From Scyliorhinus canicula (taxonomy: Eukaryota): a stretch of DNA of 64,000 nt. Of the stretch, positions 60,604-64,000 are shown in pieces. The notes below the pieces were generated by a model. It was not told the DNA's origin. It saw only the letters and a list, made by a program, of their open reading frames with translations, and did not search any database. Both the position numbers and the translations under genes were made by a program. The stretch lies in NCBI RefSeq assembly GCF_902713615.1, contig NC_052157.1:149397171-149461170 (forward strand). The letters are read 5' to 3'. Each line of letters opens with the position of its first letter. Position 1 is the first letter of the stretch.

Positions 60604-63600
60604 ATGCCGGGCAGAATCAAACCAGATCACCTGCAGCTGGTTCCGCACTCGCCCGATGCCAGAAAGGACTTTAATCACTGGCTAGCTTGCTTCGAGGCTT
60701 ACATCAACGCAGCGACCCCCATGCCGACGGAGGCTCAGAAGATACAGGTCTTGTATTCCAGGTTGAGCTCAAGCGTGTTCCTGTTGATCCATACGCCCCG
60801 AATTACGCAGAAGCCATGACACTCCTAAAAGAGAACTACCTGCAGAAAGCGAACACGCTCTTCACCAGGAACGTGTTCGCCACTCACGCTCAACTCCCTG
60901 TGAGTCCATCGAAGACTTCTGGCGGGCGCTAATCCCACTCGTCCAGGACTGTGACTCTCAGGCCGTCACGGCCACCGAACATTCTAATCTCCTCATGTGC
61001 GATGCGTTCGTAACGGGGATTGGGTCGGACCCCATCCGACGACTGCTGGAAGGGGCCATGCTCGACCTAGCGGAGACAAACACTTTAGCGCTCTCCATGA
61101 CGGTCGCCTCCCGTAATGTTCAGGCCTACCCCCTCGCCGCGTGGCCCACCCCTCCTAGACCCCGCAAACGACCCCCCCCCCCCCAGCTGGGGCCCTGCCC
61201 AGCCAATACGCCTGTGCCCCACGCCAATCCACGCACCCAGGGGGTCCCCGCTGCTACTTCTGCGGCCACTGCGGCACGGCCCGCGCCGCCACTTGCAAGT
61301 CTTGTAGCAAAAAGGGCCACTTCGACGCAGTGTGCCAGGTCCGCACAGTCGCCGCTATCGCCCCCTCCCCCTGCCAAACGCACAATGGGCACTGCCATCT
61401 TCTCCTCCCGGGGTCACATGCGGCCAGTGGGCGCCGCCATCTCCCTCACCCCTCAGTTCAATTGCGGCCCATGGGCGCCGCCATCTTGCCCCGCCCCCGC
61501 AATGTGCACCCCATGGGTGCCACCATTTTGTTCCCTGCAGGACCTCCGGATGCCGCCATCTTGTCTTCCCCACGGGGCAGGAACGCCAACGACATCCCAC
61601 GACCTGGGCCGCCAACACTCTCCGTCTGAAACCTCTGACGATCACCTGAAGCTCACCTCGAATACGCTGGACCAGTCTCGTCCACACAACCTGGCCACCG
61701 CTTCGACAACGGTGAAAATCAACGGCCACATGACCTCTTGCCTGCTGGACTCTGGGAGCACTGAAAGCTTCATACACCCGGATACGGTAAGGCACTGCTC
61801 CCTCGCAGTCCACCCCGCCAATCAACCGATCTCCCTGACCTCCGGATCCCACTCTGTCCCGATCCGAGGATTCTGCATGGTCACTCTCAGTCCAGGGCGT
61901 AGAATTCAGCGGTTTCCATCTCTACGTCCTTCCTAACCTCTGTGCTGCACTTGCTGGGCCTGGATTTCCAGTGCAATCGCCAGAGCTTCACCCTCAAATT
62001 CAGCGGGCCCCTACCTCCACTCACCATTTGCGGCTTCGCGACCCTCAAGGTTGACCCCCCCTCCCTCTTTACCAATCTAACTTTGGATTGCAAACCCGTT
62101 GCCACCAGGTCCAGATGGTACAGCGCCCAGGACAAGGCCTTCATCAGGTCCGAGGTCTAGCGGCTGCTTCGGGAGGGTATTATCGAGGCCAGCAACAGCC
62201 CCTGGAGAGCCCAAGTGGTAGTAGTTAAAACTGGGGAGAAACACAGAATGGTCGTGGACTACAGCCAGACCATCGATCGGTACACGCAGCTTGACGCGTA
62301 CCCCCTCCCTCGCATATCTGATATGGTCAATCAGATTGCACAGTACCGGGTCTTCTCAACAATTGACCTGAAATCCGCCTACCACCAGCTCACCATCCGT
62401 AAATCGGACCGTCCATACACTGCCTTCGAGGTGGACGGTCGGCTCTATCACTTTTTTAGGGTTCCCTTTGGCGTCACTAACAGGGTCTCGGTCTTCCAAA
62501 GGGAGATGGACCGAATGATCGACCGGTACGGTTTGCGGGCCACGTTTCCGTACTTAGATAATGTCACCATCTGAAGCCATGATCAGCAGGACCACGATGC
62601 CAACCTCGCTAAATTCCTCCGCACCGCCACTCTTCTCAACCTTACGTATAATAAAGAGAAGTGTGTGTTCAGCATGACCCGCTTAGCCATCCTCGGCTAT
62701 GTAGTCCAGAACGGACTTCTGGGGCCCGATCCCGACCGCATGCGCCCCCTCATGGAGCTTCCCCTCCCCACTGCCCCAAGGCCCTCAAATGCTGCCTGGG
62801 GTTCTTTTCGTACTACGCCCAGTGGGTCCCAAACTATGCGGACAAGGCCCGCCCACTCATACAGTCCACTCAATTTCCCCTCACGGCCAAGGCACAACAG
62901 GCCTTCGCCCGTATCAGAGCAGACATAGCCAAGGCCACTCTAAATCAGGCAGGCAGACCCGTGGAATTCTTTTCCCGCACCCTTCATGCCTCTGAAATTC
63001 GGCACTCATCCGTCGAAAAAGAGGCCCAGGCCATCGTTGAAGCGGTGCGGCATTGGAGGCATTACCTGGCCGGCAGGGGATTCACTCTACTCACTGACCA
63101 ACGGTCGGTAGCCTTCATGTTTAACAACACGCAGCGGGGCAAGATCAAAACCAATAAAATATTGCAGTGGAGAATCGAGCTGTCCACCTATAATTACGAA
63201 ATTTTGTATCGCCCCGGCAAGCTCAACGAGCCCCCAGACGCCCTCTCCCGAGGTACATGTGTCAGGGCACAAGTAGACCAACTCCGGGCCCTGCACGACA
63301 GCCTTTGTCACCCGGGGGTCACACGACTGTACCACCTCATCAAGGCTCGCAACCTGCCCTACTCTGTCGAGGAAGTATGGACAGTCACCAGAGACTGCCA
63401 GGTCTGTGCGGAGTGCAAGTCGCATTTCTACCGGCCGGACCGCGCGCGCCTGGTGAAGGCCTCCCGCCCCTTTGAACGCCTCAGCGTGGATTTCAAAGGG
63501 CCCCTCCCCTCCACCGACCGCAACACGTATATTCTCAGTGTGGTCGATGAGTACTCCAGATTCCCCTTCGCCATCCCATGCCGATATGACGTCTGCCACC

Positions 63601-64000
63601 GTCATCAAGGCCCTCAACACAATCTTCGCTCGGTTCGGTTTCCCCGCCTACATCCACAGTGACAGGGATCCTCATTCATGAGCGATTAGCTGCGTCAGTT
63701 CCTGCTCAGCAGGGGTATCGCCTCCAGCAGGACGACAAGCTACAACACCCGGGGAAACGGGCAGGTAGAGAGGGAGAACGGGACGGTTTGGAGGGCTGTC
63801 CAGCTGGCCCTACGGTCCAGAAACATCTCAGCCTCCCGCTGGCAGGAGGTCCTCCCTGATGCACTACACTCCATCCGGTCCCTACTGTGCACCGCTACAA
63901 ATAACACACCCCATGAACGTCTTTTTACCTTCCCCAGGAAGTCCGGTGTCGCTCCCCACTTGGCTCGCAGCACCAGGACTGGTCCTGCTCCATAGGCACG
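60604..64000 (+). mobile_element. Second Gypsy element (same lineage, different family); no 5' LTR visible; runs off the right edge
   Basis: gag IKPDHLQL..WLACFEAY, protease CLLDSGSTES, RT DLKSAYHQ/PFG/YLDN, RNase H, integrase HPG..CQVC..VDFKGP; multiple frameshifts and stops. Confidence 0.94.

Overview
Eukaryotic genomic DNA, most likely from an elasmobranch (shark). This is inferred from the HE1/V-SINE-, DeuSINE-, CR1- and Penelope-type repeats; the species cannot be read from the sequence. Three spliced genes lie in the arrangement known from human 17q11.2. TNFAIP1 is on the minus strand with its first two coding exons present; the rest runs off the left edge. IFT20 is on the plus strand (4 coding exons, 132 aa), head-to-head with TNFAIP1 across a CpG-rich promoter carrying RFX X-box, NRF1 and ETS motifs. 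TMEM97 is on the minus strand (3 exons, 171 aa), tail-to-tail with IFT20. The remainder is mostly transposon-derived: nested CR1 LINEs, Tx1/L1 and RTE remnants, several SINE types, a solo LTR, two Gypsy elements and three minisatellites. The most notable observations are: (1) a full-length Gypsy element with no tRNA primer-binding site, whose PBS position is instead a perfect 13-nt complement of its own LTR (candidate self-priming), in a lineage whose RT reads YLDN rather than YxDD; (2) 90-200 bp Penelope-derived inserts with 11-14 bp target-site duplications carrying minimal hammerhead ribozymes, including a compensatory U3-A8 core variant; (3) a multi-level nested insertion stack in IFT20 intron 1; (4) a tandem array of CTCF-like sites upstream of TMEM97. 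Repeat boundaries without a stated TSD are approximate.
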